This document shows positions 29,363 to 40,254 of a stretch of 64,000 nt of DNA, piece by piece. Source of the DNA: Clostridia bacterium (GTDB lineage Bacteria; Bacillota; Clostridia; Christensenellales; CAG-138); contig JAFXSG010000001.1 of NCBI GenBank assembly GCA_017525875.1, positions 77,699 to 141,698 on the forward strand. Direction: 5' to 3'. The notes under the pieces are model-generated. The model saw only the letters and a list, made by a program, of their open reading frames with translations, ran no database searches and had not been told where the DNA came from. The position numbers and the translations under genes were made by a program. Position 1 is the stretch's first letter, and every line of letters begins with the position of its first letter.

Positions 29363-30492
29363 ACAAGAAAAAGATCAAAGTGTTGTTTCTTATCCATGAT
29401 CTCGGAAAGGGCGGAGCCGAGAAGGTGCTCGTCAACCTTGTCAACAACATGGATCATTCAAAATTCGATATCACTGTAATGACTCTTTTCGACGGCGGGG
29501 TCAACCGGCAGTTTTTAAGCGAGCATGTCAGATACCTGTACTGGTGCAAACGAACGATACCCGGCAACTCCAAGCTGATGAAGCTCCTCTCTCCGGAGCG
29601 GCTGCACAAAATGATAGTTAAGGAACGATACGATATCGAAGTATCATACCTGGAGGGGCCGAGCGCAAGGGTCGTAAGCGGATGTCCCGATACGGGCACA
29701 AAACTGGTGAGTTGGGTGCATATTGAGATCCATACCGAAAAACGTGCTGCAAGAGCCTTCAGAAGCATTTCCGAAGCAAGAAAATGCTATGAGAGGTTTG
29801 ACATGCTTGCTTTCGTTTCGAATACCGTCAGGGAATGTTTTGCAAAGACTCTGAAGATACAAAAACAGGGTGAAGTATTATACAATACCAACGAGAGCAG
29901 CAAAATCCGCGAGCTGTCCATAGAAAACACGGATGAAATCGCTTTCCCCGAAGACAAGTTCAAAATGGTCGGGGTAGGCAAACTGCTGAAAAGCAAGGGA
30001 TTTGACAGAGTACTCCGAGTCCTGAAGCGCCTGAAGGACGAGGGCTGCCCGGTCATGCTTTATCTGCTCGGAGACGGCAGAGAAAAGGACGAGCTGATGA
30101 ACTTTGTCAAGGAGAACGAATTGGAAGAACAGGTGGTGTTTCTGGGCTATCGGGTAAATCCGTATAAATATGTCAGAAGATGCGACTTGTTTGTATGCGC
30201 AAGCCATGCAGAAGGGTTTTCGACAGCAGCGACCGAGGCACTCATCGTCGGCACGCCGGTCTGTACGGTGGAAGTTTCCGGCATGAAAGAGATGCTGGGG
30301 GAGAACAACGAGTACGGGATCGTTACCGAAAACAGCGAAGAAGGATTGTATCGGGGCATTAAGAGCCTTCTCGACGATCCCGAATTGCTTGCACATTACA
30401 CGAGAAAGGCTGAGGAAAGAGGCAGGAGCTTCAGCACGGAGACCACGGTCAAGGCGGTTGAAGACATGCTTCTTTCGCTGATCGAAAAATGA
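29359..30492 (+). CDS. GT4 glycosyltransferase
   Basis: GGAEKVL and EGFSTAATEA motifs. Confidence 0.9.
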   Translation: MNKKKIKVLFLIHDLGKGGAEKVLVNLVNNMDHSKFDITVMTLFDGGVNRQFLSEHVRYLYWCKRTIPGNSKLMKLLSPERLHKMIVKERYDIEVSYLEGPSARVVSGCPDTGTKLVSWVHIEIHTEKRAARAFRSISEARKCYERFDMLAFVSNTVRECFAKTLKIQKQGEVLYNTNESSKIRELSIENTDEIAFPEDKFKMVGVGKLLKSKGFDRVLRVLKRLKDEGCPVMLYLLGDGREKDELMNFVKENELEEQVVFLGYRVNPYKYVRRCDLFVCASHAEGFSTAATEALIVGTPVCTVEVSGMKEMLGENNEYGIVTENSEEGLYRGIKSLLDDPELLAHYTRKAEERGRSFSTETTVKAVEDMLLSLIEK

Positions 30493-31484
30493 GAACGGAG
30501 CGCAGGCCGAAGATATCAATAATAGTGCCCTGCTATAACGTGGCAAATGAGCTGGAACGCTGTGTAAACAGCATTCTTGCTCAAACATACTCCGAACTGG
30601 AAATAGTCCTGGTCGATGACGGCTCTTGTGATTCCACCGCTTGCATTATGCGGGACCTTGCCGAAAAAGACGAACGGATAGTCTGCGTTTATAAGCCAAA
30701 CGGCGGAGTCACTTCAGCCAGGCTGGCGGGGATAGAAAAGTCGACCGGCGCATGGTTGGGTTTCGTTGACGGCGACGATGAGATCGAGCCCGAAATGTAT
30801 GAGCGTTTGATCGGAAACGCGATCAGGCATAACGCGGATATTTCGCATTGCGGCTATAAGATGCTTTTTCCCGACGGAAGAGTAAACTGCTTCCATAACA
30901 CGGGCATGCTTTTCGAACAGGATACGGAACGCGGCATGGCCGACCTTCTGGACGGTTCGATAGTCGAACCGGGCTTATGCAATAAGCTGTATAGAAGAAA
31001 ACTGTTCGACGGATTGGCGGGCGAACTGGATGCCGGAATAAAGATCAACGAGGATCTGTTGATGAATTATCTCCTCTTCAAAAAGGCAGAACGATCTGTC
31101 TTTGAAGATTTTTGCCCATACCGCTATATAGTCCGCGGCGCTTCCGCATCAAGGCAAAAGCTGAATGAAAACAAGATATTCGATCCAATAAAAGTAAAAC
31201 GCATAATTCTCGATACAGCGCCCGAATGTGTCGCAAAAGCGGCGGAAAAGGCGTTTATCAGCACCTGCGTCAATGTTTTCAACTCGCTTGCGTTTACCGG
31301 CAAAAAGGAGTTTGTCAAAGAAAAAAAAGAAGTTAGAACACTCATCATTGACAATTGGGACAAAACGAGGCTTCTTTCAAAAAAACAACGCGCCGCTGCG
31401 CTGCTCATTAAAGCTCTGCCCGGAGCATACAGCGGCATCTACAGGATCTATTCCGACAAGTTCCGAACCAGCCCTTACAGATAG
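30489..31484 (+). CDS. GT2 glycosyltransferase
   Basis: IIVPCYN, VDDGS and FVDGDD motifs. Confidence 0.9.
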   Translation: MRTERRPKISIIVPCYNVANELERCVNSILAQTYSELEIVLVDDGSCDSTACIMRDLAEKDERIVCVYKPNGGVTSARLAGIEKSTGAWLGFVDGDDEIEPEMYERLIGNAIRHNADISHCGYKMLFPDGRVNCFHNTGMLFEQDTERGMADLLDGSIVEPGLCNKLYRRKLFDGLAGELDAGIKINEDLLMNYLLFKKAERSVFEDFCPYRYIVRGASASRQKLNENKIFDPIKVKRIILDTAPECVAKAAEKAFISTCVNVFNSLAFTGKKEFVKEKKEVRTLIIDNWDKTRLLSKKQRAAALLIKALPGAYSGIYRIYSDKFRTSPYR

Positions 31485-31493
31485 GAGAGAGCT

Positions 31494-32474
31494 ATGGCGA
31501 GCAAAAGTTTGATCAGTATAATCGTCCCCGTTTATAAGGTGGAACCATACCTTGACAAGTGCGTGCGCTCGATCGTTGAGCAGACCTATGCTGACCTCGA
31601 GATAATCCTCGTCGACGACGGGTCGCCGGATAACTGCCCCGCGATGTGCGACGCGTGGGCTGAAAAGGACAGCCGGATCAAGGTGATCCATAAGAAAAAC
31701 GGCGGTCTTTCCGACGCGCGAAACGCGGGGACGGAGGCCGCAAGCGGAGAATACATACTTTTCGTCGACAGCGACGATTGGATCGCTCCCGAAATGTGCG
31801 GATTTATGCTTGCGCGCATGAATGAAACAAACAGTGATATAGTTTCATGCGACGCGGTGCGGGTGTGGGACGACAGCACCCCTCAACGGAAAATGATGCG
31901 CGACAATGAGCCTCATGTGCTCGACAGGACCGAGGCCATGCGCGCGCTGATACAATCCACTTGCCTTATAATGACAGTGTGGAATAAACTGTACAAAGCG
32001 CAGATCGTGAAAAAGATCCCGTTTGAAAAGGGAAAGATCCATGAAGATGAGATCTGGAGCTGGCAGGCGATAGGGGCCGCCACGCGCGTAGCAACGGTCA
32101 GCGAAGCATTCTATTATTATCGTCAAAGAGCGGACGGCATTATGGGCGACGGGTATACCGGCTTTCCCATGATAGTCATTCGCGCGAAGCAGCAGAGACA
32201 TGATTATATCGTGAAAGAAATACCTGCGCTGTCGGATATCGATTCCGAAAACCTTTTGAACACGTGTTTTTATCAGGGCGTTCAGGTCATCAACCATGAA
32301 AAATGCGACAGACGCAGGGATTTTATAAAACAACTCAAACAAGCTGCTTCGGAGTGCGAATTCACTAAAGATTACTATTCCGGTTTGAGCTTTTCAAAAA
32401 AGATCAAGCTGACGATGATGAAGAGGTCTCTCGGCTTAGCCTGCAGATTGGCAGTTATGCGCGGAGTTAAATGA
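31494..32474 (+). CDS. GT2 glycosyltransferase
   Basis: IIVPVYKV, VDDGSPD, FVDSDD and IHED motifs. Confidence 0.9.
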   Translation: MASKSLISIIVPVYKVEPYLDKCVRSIVEQTYADLEIILVDDGSPDNCPAMCDAWAEKDSRIKVIHKKNGGLSDARNAGTEAASGEYILFVDSDDWIAPEMCGFMLARMNETNSDIVSCDAVRVWDDSTPQRKMMRDNEPHVLDRTEAMRALIQSTCLIMTVWNKLYKAQIVKKIPFEKGKIHEDEIWSWQAIGAATRVATVSEAFYYYRQRADGIMGDGYTGFPMIVIRAKQQRHDYIVKEIPALSDIDSENLLNTCFYQGVQVINHEKCDRRRDFIKQLKQAASECEFTKDYYSGLSFSKKIKLTMMKRSLGLACRLAVMRGVK

Positions 32475-32486
32475 ACGGAGGATGGC

Positions 32487-33035
32487 ATGATAAAAAGAGT
32501 CTTAAGGGGTCTGGGAAAAAAGTGGTACGCAATAACCGGAAATGAAGCCGGGTTTTTACGTCTTAAGATCCAACAGTTTGTCGAAGCCGGAGGCAAATGC
32601 GGCAAAAACTTCAAGTTTTACTGCGATATGCCGGGCGAGCCGTATTTTGTTGAGATAGGAGACGATGTTACCATTGCCGGCGGGACAGTGCTCCTGACAC
32701 ATGATAACTCCGTTATCAAATGCGGTATCGACGCGACGGATTATTTTGGAAGGATCAAAATTGGCAGCAATTGTTTTATCGGGATGAAGTGCATATTGCT
32801 GCCCGGTGTCGAACTCGGAGACCGCACAATAGTCGGAGCCGGAAGCGTCGTTACAAAGAGTTTCCCGGAAGGGAACGTGGTACTGGGAGGCAATCCGGCA
32901 AAGGTGCTGTGTACGGTAGACGACTTTCGGGAAAAGAAAAAACATCTATGCGTAAACCTTGACAAGGACGGACTGCGGGCAAAGAAGAGAGAGTATCTGA
33001 CTTCACTCCCGGAACAAATGCTTGAGAAAAAATGA
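32487..33035 (+). CDS. Hexapeptide-repeat (LbH) O-acyltransferase
   Basis: IGDDVTI..LLTHD and IVGAGSVVTK..GGNPAK motifs. Confidence 0.88.
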   Translation: MIKRVLRGLGKKWYAITGNEAGFLRLKIQQFVEAGGKCGKNFKFYCDMPGEPYFVEIGDDVTIAGGTVLLTHDNSVIKCGIDATDYFGRIKIGSNCFIGMKCILLPGVELGDRTIVGAGSVVTKSFPEGNVVLGGNPAKVLCTVDDFREKKKHLCVNLDKDGLRAKKREYLTSLPEQMLEKK

Positions 33036-33083
33036 CCGTTTCCCAAAAGACGGTTCATGCGGCGCAAACGTAAGGAGGCTGCA

Positions 33084-33635
33084 ATGATAAAATCAAAAAA
33101 GGACCTTAAGGAATACATAGAATCCGACAACGCTCCGTACAGGCCGAAAGGGAAAAAAGGAAGGTTTATAGCCGCATTTTCGCAGCAGCCCACGTATGCC
33201 GTCGGTAAGTATCTGAAAGCGCTCAGACGGCTCGAGTACCGCCTGAACACCTCAAACGGCAGCAGGCTGAGTCGAATAATGGCGCTGATCTGCGAAAGAA
33301 AAAAGAACCGCTTAGGCAATAAGCTGGGGATCGAGATATGCCCGAACTGCATCGGCAAAGGCGTTATTATCGATCATGGGCTCGTTCTGGTCAACTATGA
33401 GGCCAGGATCGGTGAAAACTGCAGGCTTCACGGCTCGAACTGTATTGGAAATTCCGGAAAGGCACTGGCGGCTCCAAGAATCGGCAATAACGTCGATATA
33501 GGCTATGGAGCAATGGTCATCGGAGACGTCGAGATAGCGGACAATGTTGTGATCGGAGCAAACGCGGTAGTGAATAAATCCGTCTTGATCCCGGGAAGCC
33601 TCGTTGCCGGGGTCCCGGCGCAGCGCAAAGGATGA
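33084..33635 (+). CDS. Serine-acetyltransferase-like LbH acyltransferase
   Basis: APRIGNNVDIGYGA..IGANAVVNK..AGVPA. Confidence 0.85.
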   Translation: MIKSKKDLKEYIESDNAPYRPKGKKGRFIAAFSQQPTYAVGKYLKALRRLEYRLNTSNGSRLSRIMALICERKKNRLGNKLGIEICPNCIGKGVIIDHGLVLVNYEARIGENCRLHGSNCIGNSGKALAAPRIGNNVDIGYGAMVIGDVEIADNVVIGANAVVNKSVLIPGSLVAGVPAQRKG

Positions 33636-33645
33636 GAGGAGCAGT

Positions 33646-34656
33646 ATGTTTTTTTCGATCGTGATCCCGGTGTATAATGCCGAAAAGTCTCTCAGACGCT
33701 GCCTTGAAAGCGTAAAGGCTCAGACGTTTATAGATTTTGAAGTCATAATAGTTGACGACGGTTCGGCAGACAGCAGCGGCGGGATCTGCAGGGAATTCAC
33801 CGATACCGACGGCAGGTTCCGTTATGTTTATCAGGAAAACAAAGGCGTATCCGCGGCGCGAAACCGCGGCGTTAGCGAGGCGGCCGCACAATTCATCGCC
33901 TTTATCGACTGCGACGACGAGTACACGGCGGATTACCTTCTGAAGTTTTATGAAGCAACAACCCAACATCCCACATGCGGCAGCTTCTGGTGCGGTTATG
34001 CTTCCATCGACTCCGAGCAGGGAACGAAAGCCGTGCTTTACGGCTCTGAAAAAAAGCTCGTGACCGAAGACAGGAGCTCAATAATGTCGCTTTACGACAG
34101 CTTCCTTGCCGCCGCAGTATGGAACAAGGTGTTCAGGCGGGAAATAATAATTGACAACTCTATAACCATGCCCGAGGACATTTCTCTCGGCGAGGATCTG
34201 CTGTTCAATTTCGAGTACCTCGATAATTGCCGGAATACGGAGATACAGCTGATCAATGAACCGCTCTATCGGTATCACTGCGGCGGAGGCGCTTCTCTGA
34301 ACACAAAATACAGGCCGGATCTGCTGCGGATTTATGAGCGCCTTTCGGACGGAATGGGAAAGTATGTTGACAAATGGGGCCTTGACGAGAACGAAAAGGG
34401 CAGATACTACAGTGCCGTTTACAGTATGCTATTCAGGGCGATGAAGAACAATTACAGCCCTGTGAATCCGATGAAGAAAAAGGAAAAGCTCGCAGTAAAC
34501 AATGGAGTATTGAAAAGCAAACGGTTCGTGGAAGCCGCGGCAAAAGCGTCCGACAGGATCCATCCGCTGTACAAAATGGCGTTTTCCATCGGAGATTACA
34601 GGCTGGTAAGGCTCGTTGATAAACTTGCTGAAGCAAAGGCCAAAATAAAACGATAA
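33646..34656 (+). CDS. GT2 glycosyltransferase
   Basis: IVIPVYNAE, VDDGS, FIDCDD and GEDLLFN motifs. Confidence 0.9.
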   Translation: MFFSIVIPVYNAEKSLRRCLESVKAQTFIDFEVIIVDDGSADSSGGICREFTDTDGRFRYVYQENKGVSAARNRGVSEAAAQFIAFIDCDDEYTADYLLKFYEATTQHPTCGSFWCGYASIDSEQGTKAVLYGSEKKLVTEDRSSIMSLYDSFLAAAVWNKVFRREIIIDNSITMPEDISLGEDLLFNFEYLDNCRNTEIQLINEPLYRYHCGGGASLNTKYRPDLLRIYERLSDGMGKYVDKWGLDENEKGRYYSAVYSMLFRAMKNNYSPVNPMKKKEKLAVNNGVLKSKRFVEAAAKASDRIHPLYKMAFSIGDYRLVRLVDKLAEAKAKIKR

Positions 34657-34695
34657 AAACCGGGACGATCGGTGTTTTGAAAAAACGAATTTGGA

Positions 34696-35985
34696 GTGAG
34701 TTTTATGAGAAGGATCCTGATTTGGAGAAAACCCTTAAAGGGAAGCGACATAGATATTTTCAACCGGACGGAGTACGACAGCATTTATTCGCTTGCATTC
34801 AGCGTTTCTAAGTGGAAAAACGTCAACTGGGGAAACAAGCTATGGTTCCAAGGGATTTGCTCCGCTGTCGACGTTCCGGAAAACAGCATCACTTACGGAA
34901 CGAACGAAACTGCAGATCAGATCAATGACAATTACGATCTGATAATATACCCCATGGCCAATTTCTTTAGCGAAGAATTCTGCAGCGATACTTCTGCGCT
35001 CGTCAAAGCTTTTTCCGGAATACGCATTCCGGTGTATGTTATCGCCTGCGGAGCTCAGGCAAAGGATTACGATCACCTTGAGGAGCTTGTGAAAAGGATC
35101 GGCGATCCCGCAAGCGCCTTTATCGAAAGCATCTACCGCACAGGCGGGGAATTTGCCCTCAGAGGCTTTTTTACAAAGGAGTTTTTCAACAGACTCGGTT
35201 TTACCGGCGCAGTAGTCACAGGCTGTCCGTCGCTGTTTCAGATGGGGCCGGAGCTTTCAGTTAACAAAAACAACGATGAGAAAAACATAAAACCGATCAT
35301 CAACGGCAGGATCGAAAGTGTGGAAGAGATTCTTGAAAGCATGCCCGAAAGCACTTATTTCAGCCAGGACGTGTTTTTCGATTGTTTGTACGACCCCGAC
35401 TACTTTAAACGCAAAGGCTTTAAGAATGACGTGAGATTCTTCAGAACTCACGGCATTGCGCAGGCCGACCTGCTTGCCAATGACAGGATCAAGATGATAA
35501 TAGATATGAACGAGTGGTTCAACTATATCAGATCTCACTCATTCAACTATTCATTCGGCACCAAGGTGCACGGCAGCATAATGCCTATCCTTGCCGGAAT
35601 ACCCGCTACAATGATAGCGACGGATTCCAGAACGAGGGAAATCGCGGAGTTCTTCGGCATCCCGATGCAGCTCGCAAAACTCGGACACAGGTATTCGAAA
35701 GAGGACCTGCTCGAGGCATATGAGGAAGCCGATTACTCTGAGTTCAATTCTCGCTTCAAAGGCTTGTATGAGAGATTTGAAACGTTCCTTAGGGAGCACG
35801 ATATCGTGGACAGCATCAACACGAGCAACAGATTCTTTTATGACACTGACCGGTTCCCGTCCGAAAGCTTTAAACCGAATAAAGAAGAGTTTGCAAAGTA
35901 TGCCAAAAAGCTGAGAATAGAGAGACCCATTTTGGCTGCGGCAAGTCTTGCTTTGGATCTCAGATCCGGCGGCAGAAAAAGGTGA
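34696..35985 (+). CDS. Polysaccharide pyruvyl transferase family protein
   Basis: NWGN, ALRG..T, TGCPSL, FGTKVHG and DSRTRE motifs. Confidence 0.75.
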   Translation: MSFMRRILIWRKPLKGSDIDIFNRTEYDSIYSLAFSVSKWKNVNWGNKLWFQGICSAVDVPENSITYGTNETADQINDNYDLIIYPMANFFSEEFCSDTSALVKAFSGIRIPVYVIACGAQAKDYDHLEELVKRIGDPASAFIESIYRTGGEFALRGFFTKEFFNRLGFTGAVVTGCPSLFQMGPELSVNKNNDEKNIKPIINGRIESVEEILESMPESTYFSQDVFFDCLYDPDYFKRKGFKNDVRFFRTHGIAQADLLANDRIKMIIDMNEWFNYIRSHSFNYSFGTKVHGSIMPILAGIPATMIATDSRTREIAEFFGIPMQLAKLGHRYSKEDLLEAYEEADYSEFNSRFKGLYERFETFLREHDIVDSINTSNRFFYDTDRFPSESFKPNKEEFAKYAKKLRIERPILAAASLALDLRSGGRKR

Positions 35986-35989
35986 TAAT

Positions 35990-36799
35990 ATGGATGATAT
36001 GATAAAAAACCGTTTCTTCAAACGGATTGCCGAGAGTTTTACCGCCCGTGTCATAAGGCCATGGCAGGTAAAGCATTTTGACCGCACCCGTTACGGCCGC
36101 CGCCTTCGCAGCCTTAAAGACGTCCACAAGGGAGAACGCTGCTTCATCGTTGCGAACGGCCCGAGCCTCCGGGCGGAGGACCTGGATCGCCTGCAGGCGG
36201 CGGGGGAGATCACCTTCGCGATGAACCGCATCTACAAGATCTTTCCGGAAACGAGCTGGAGGCCGACGTATTACGTCTGCGAGGATATCAACATCTTCCA
36301 CGAAAGCCAGCCGGAGATCAACGCGCTTCCCGCAAAGCTCAAGTTCATTCCCGTAAATCACAAGTGGTACAACGGAGTGGATATCAGGGACGCGGTGTAT
36401 TTCTACGCGAATTACAACCGTGAGAAGGACTTCCCGCTCAGCTTTTCGCCGGCGATCGACAAACAGATGGATTCCATGGGAACGGTCACCTTCACCTGCA
36501 TCGACATTGCCGCGTATATGGGCTTCAGTGAGATCTATCTCGTCGGAGTCGACCACAATTATCAGGTCACCATCAATGAGGACGGAAACACCGTTGTTGA
36601 CGAAAATGCGAAGGACTACTTCTGCAATGATTACGACAGCGATATCAAAAACGTTGTGGTGCATGACATGCGGCAGAACACGATCGCATACCGCAAGGCG
36701 AAACAGTACTGCGATGAGCACGGCATCCACGTGTATAACGCCACCCGCGGCGGCAAACTCGAAGTGTTTGACCGTGTGGACTTTGATACACTTTTATAG
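35990..36799 (+). CDS. DUF115/Maf-like protein, putative ulosonic-acid transferase
   Basis: CFIVANGPSL, YMGFSEIYLVGVDH and YNATRGGKLEVF motifs. Confidence 0.75.
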   Translation: MDDMIKNRFFKRIAESFTARVIRPWQVKHFDRTRYGRRLRSLKDVHKGERCFIVANGPSLRAEDLDRLQAAGEITFAMNRIYKIFPETSWRPTYYVCEDINIFHESQPEINALPAKLKFIPVNHKWYNGVDIRDAVYFYANYNREKDFPLSFSPAIDKQMDSMGTVTFTCIDIAAYMGFSEIYLVGVDHNYQVTINEDGNTVVDENAKDYFCNDYDSDIKNVVVHDMRQNTIAYRKAKQYCDEHGIHVYNATRGGKLEVFDRVDFDTLL

Positions 36800-36826
36800 T
36801 ATAATTTAAGTTTGAGGGGGGATGGC

Positions 36827-37687
36827 ATGATGACTGAGAATACCGCTCAACAATATCATACTCATATAACTGCCGAGAGAAGATGGTTCGACCTGAATCT
36901 CAAGGAGGTATGGCGCTATAAAGATCTGATCGTTCTGTTTACAAAGCGGTCTTTTCAGCTCACCTATAAGCAGACGGTCCTCGGCCCCGCATGGATCTTC
37001 CTCAGTCCGCTCATTACGTCCGTTATTTATGCTTTCGTTTTCGGAGGTATCGCCGGTATCGGAACGGACGGCGTACCCAGCATCCTCTTCTATATGTGCA
37101 GTAATGCGATCTGGACATTTTTCTCAAGCTGCGTAAACAAAAACGCCACCGCGTTTAAAGCGAATGCCAACGTTTTCGGCAAGGTCTATTTCCCGCGTCT
37201 GACCATTCCGATTTCAAACGTGTTATCGTCAATGGTCCAGTTCATAATCCAAATGCTGATGGTCATGGGTTTCCTCGTGTTTTTCGTTATCAAGGGCGAG
37301 GTCCATCCAAACTGGGCGATGTGGCCTCTTATCCCGCTGATCCTCATCCATCTTGGGGTCATGGGTCTTGGATTCGGTATTATAATCTCCAGCCTGACAA
37401 CGAAATACAGGGATCTTGCTATCCTTGTGACTTTCGGCGTCCAGCTTTGGATGTATATAACCCCGATCGTTTATCCGCTTTCGCAGCTTGGAAAAGGAAC
37501 GATGCGCACGATCCTGCTGATCAACCCCGTGACGGCGCCGGTAGAGCTTTTCCGACTTGCCGTGCTTGGGCAGGGAACGATAAACTGCCTGTTCCTCGGC
37601 ATCTCCGCAGCGGTAACGGTGCTCGTTGCTCTGATTGGCATAATGATCTTTAACCGCGTCGAGAAGACCTTTATGGATACCGTCTGA
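36827..37687 (+). CDS. wzm: ABC-2 polysaccharide permease
   Basis: YKQTVLGPAW, KVYFPR, KYRDL and YITPIVYP motifs. Confidence 0.9.
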   Translation: MMTENTAQQYHTHITAERRWFDLNLKEVWRYKDLIVLFTKRSFQLTYKQTVLGPAWIFLSPLITSVIYAFVFGGIAGIGTDGVPSILFYMCSNAIWTFFSSCVNKNATAFKANANVFGKVYFPRLTIPISNVLSSMVQFIIQMLMVMGFLVFFVIKGEVHPNWAMWPLIPLILIHLGVMGLGFGIIISSLTTKYRDLAILVTFGVQLWMYITPIVYPLSQLGKGTMRTILLINPVTAPVELFRLAVLGQGTINCLFLGISAAVTVLVALIGIMIFNRVEKTFMDTV

Positions 37688-37700
37688 GGAGGTTACCGCA

Positions 37701-38993
37701 ATGGAAATGGCAAACGAAAACCGCGAAGTTGCGGTACGACTCTCCGGTGTAAAGAAAATGTACAAGCTCGGTCAGATCGGAGGCGGAACGCTTCAGGGGG
37801 ATCTGCAGAGCTGGTGGGCGCGCGTCCGCGGCAGGGAAGACCCGAACACCAAGATAGGGCAGGGGCAGCGTCTTGTCGGTCAGACCTTCATGGCCCTTAA
37901 CGGTATTGACTTGACCATCTACCGGGGTGAAGCGCTCGGCATAATCGGCAGCAACGGCGCCGGAAAGAGCACTATGCTCAAACTGCTCTCCCGCGTTACG
38001 GCTCCTACCGAGGGCGAGATCGATATCTACGGCCGCATCGCTTCCATGCTGGAGGTCGGCACCGGCTTCAACGGCGAGATGACCGGCCGCGAAAACGTCT
38101 ATATGAACGGCGCGATCCTCGGCATGACCAAGGCCGAGATCGATGCCAAGATGGAGGACATCATCGAGTTTTCGGAGGTGCGCGATTTTATTGACACGCC
38201 CGTAAAGCGCTATTCGAGCGGTATGTACGTCAAGCTTGCGTTCTCCGTTGCCGCGCATCTCGATTCCGAGATCATGATCATGGACGAAGTCCTTGCCGTC
38301 GGCGATATGGCGTTCCAAAAGAAATGCCTCGATAAGATGCGCGAAGCCGCCAAAAAGGAAGGCCGTACCGTCCTTTATGTCAGCCATAATATGAACACCA
38401 TCCGCCAGCTCTGCGACCGCTGCATAGTTCTCGATAAGGGCAGGATCATCTTTGACGGCGACGTTGAAGAAGCGATCGAGGTGTATATGAGCTCCGCAAA
38501 ACAGTTGAACGCAGAGTATGAGCTTACAGGCAAGCGCAGCAGGAAGGATATGCTTTCCGATGAGCTCAGGTTCACCCGCATTCGATTCCTGAACAAAGAA
38601 AAACCGATCTATTTCTTCAAAGAGCCGGTCGATATACAGCTGATGATCACGGCAAAGAAGCGTATGGACAATATCGCGATAAGGATATCGGTCAAAGGCA
38701 GGGATATGTCCGTTATCGGCATGGCCAGTTCTGCGCCGGGCATTTCTTTAGCCGAGGGGGAGAACAAGGTGAAGATCCGACTGAACACCGAAGGGCTTGC
38801 ACCGGGATATTACGTACTCAAGCTTGTTGCTTTTGAAGTGGGCTCACTTGGCGCCAACAGGAATATGGATGTTGTCGATGAAGCCTGTGCCTTTGAAAAA
38901 GCCCAATCAGATGAGAACAATCAGATGGCGTGGAATACCAAATGGTGGGGCCATCTAATGCTTCCGGAGATTGAGATTATCGGAGACGAATGA
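37701..38993 (+). CDS. wzt: Polysaccharide ABC ATPase with C-terminal Wzt carbohydrate-binding domain
   Basis: GSNGAGKST, YSSGMYVKLAF and DEVLAVGD motifs plus a C-terminal extension. Confidence 0.92.
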   Translation: MEMANENREVAVRLSGVKKMYKLGQIGGGTLQGDLQSWWARVRGREDPNTKIGQGQRLVGQTFMALNGIDLTIYRGEALGIIGSNGAGKSTMLKLLSRVTAPTEGEIDIYGRIASMLEVGTGFNGEMTGRENVYMNGAILGMTKAEIDAKMEDIIEFSEVRDFIDTPVKRYSSGMYVKLAFSVAAHLDSEIMIMDEVLAVGDMAFQKKCLDKMREAAKKEGRTVLYVSHNMNTIRQLCDRCIVLDKGRIIFDGDVEEAIEVYMSSAKQLNAEYELTGKRSRKDMLSDELRFTRIRFLNKEKPIYFFKEPVDIQLMITAKKRMDNIAIRISVKGRDMSVIGMASSAPGISLAEGENKVKIRLNTEGLAPGYYVLKLVAFEVGSLGANRNMDVVDEACAFEKAQSDENNQMAWNTKWWGHLMLPEIEIIGDE

Positions 38994-40249
38994 TGAAGAA
39001 GATCGGTCTGCTGAATATTCAGCATATAGATAACTACGGAGCGAACCTGATCTCATATTCGATGGAGCAGGAAGCCGGACTTGCAACGGATCATACCGCA
39101 GAAGTGACCACGATCCGCTTTCTTCCCGATCGAAAAAAATCCTTAAAACAGGCAAACACGCTTTTAAACTCGATCAGAATGAACGGGATTGCCGGGATCG
39201 GGGGAAAGGTCTCAGCATCATTCAAAAGAATGAAATATAAGCTGCGTGCCGGCATAAGGAAAACCGCGCTGTTCAGATTGGCAAAAAGGCTCCTGAAAAA
39301 GGGCAGTCCGGAACAAGCGTGTGCTGATGATAAAACACTTGAGCTGAAGAGGCTCAGAGCGGAAAATTTCGAATCGTTCCACAGCAGGGTTCTGCATCTT
39401 TCCGAACCGATCAGCATTGAAAACATAGATAAACTCGATTACGACGTGATAATTGTCGGAAGCGACGTGGTATGGAAACCGCAAAGGCTGCTTGCTAAAG
39501 AAGAAAACTGCGCATACTTCCTGACCCGCGTCAAAAAGTCCGCCGGGATTGCTTATGCGGCAAGTATAGGGATTTCGGACGAGAAGATCCTCGGGCGGCT
39601 CAGCAAAAGATACAAGGCTGCGGTACGAAGGTTCTCTTTTGTTTCAATGCGCGAAAGGAATGCGCAGAAGTACATCGGCGAACTGCTCCCCGATACCGAA
39701 GTGGCAAACTGCATAGATCCGGTATTCCTGCGCACAGCGAACGAGTACGAACAGCTGATCGCGGGTATCGCGCCCAAGCATGATGCTTATGTGTATGTTT
39801 ACCTGATGGGGAATAACAAAGAGGCATGCCGTTATGCCCAAAAGCTTGCCGAGCAAAAGGGCTTGAAGATCGTATTCCATACCAACTACAGCGATATCGG
39901 CTTTGAGGGCGAATCCTCCCTTTCGGACGGTCCGCTGGAGTTCTTGAGCAGGATAAAAAATGCGGATTACATAGTTACCGATACGTTTCACGGAACTGCG
40001 TTCTCCATCATTTTCCACAAGAGATTCATCACCTTCACAAGAGGCAATATGAGCGTCCGGCTGGAAGACTTTTTGTCTCATATAGATTTAAAGGATCGAT
40101 TTGTCGAATCAACAGATGATATCGGCCGCATAGATGCCGCGATAGACTATTCAAGGGTCGACGAAGTGCTCGGCGAATGGATCTCGGCTTCCAAAGAATG
40201 GTTCAGCAACGCTGTAAACTCAGCATTAAACAATACGAGCGGAGAATAA
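38990..40249 (+). CDS. Polysaccharide pyruvyl transferase family protein
   Basis: NYGA, VGSDVVW, YAASIG, SMRE, DPVFL and TDTFHG motifs. Confidence 0.85.
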   Translation: MMKKIGLLNIQHIDNYGANLISYSMEQEAGLATDHTAEVTTIRFLPDRKKSLKQANTLLNSIRMNGIAGIGGKVSASFKRMKYKLRAGIRKTALFRLAKRLLKKGSPEQACADDKTLELKRLRAENFESFHSRVLHLSEPISIENIDKLDYDVIIVGSDVVWKPQRLLAKEENCAYFLTRVKKSAGIAYAASIGISDEKILGRLSKRYKAAVRRFSFVSMRERNAQKYIGELLPDTEVANCIDPVFLRTANEYEQLIAGIAPKHDAYVYVYLMGNNKEACRYAQKLAEQKGLKIVFHTNYSDIGFEGESSLSDGPLEFLSRIKNADYIVTDTFHGTAFSIIFHKRFITFTRGNMSVRLEDFLSHIDLKDRFVESTDDIGRIDAAIDYSRVDEVLGEWISASKEWFSNAVNSALNNTSGE

Positions 40250-40254
40250 CGAAT

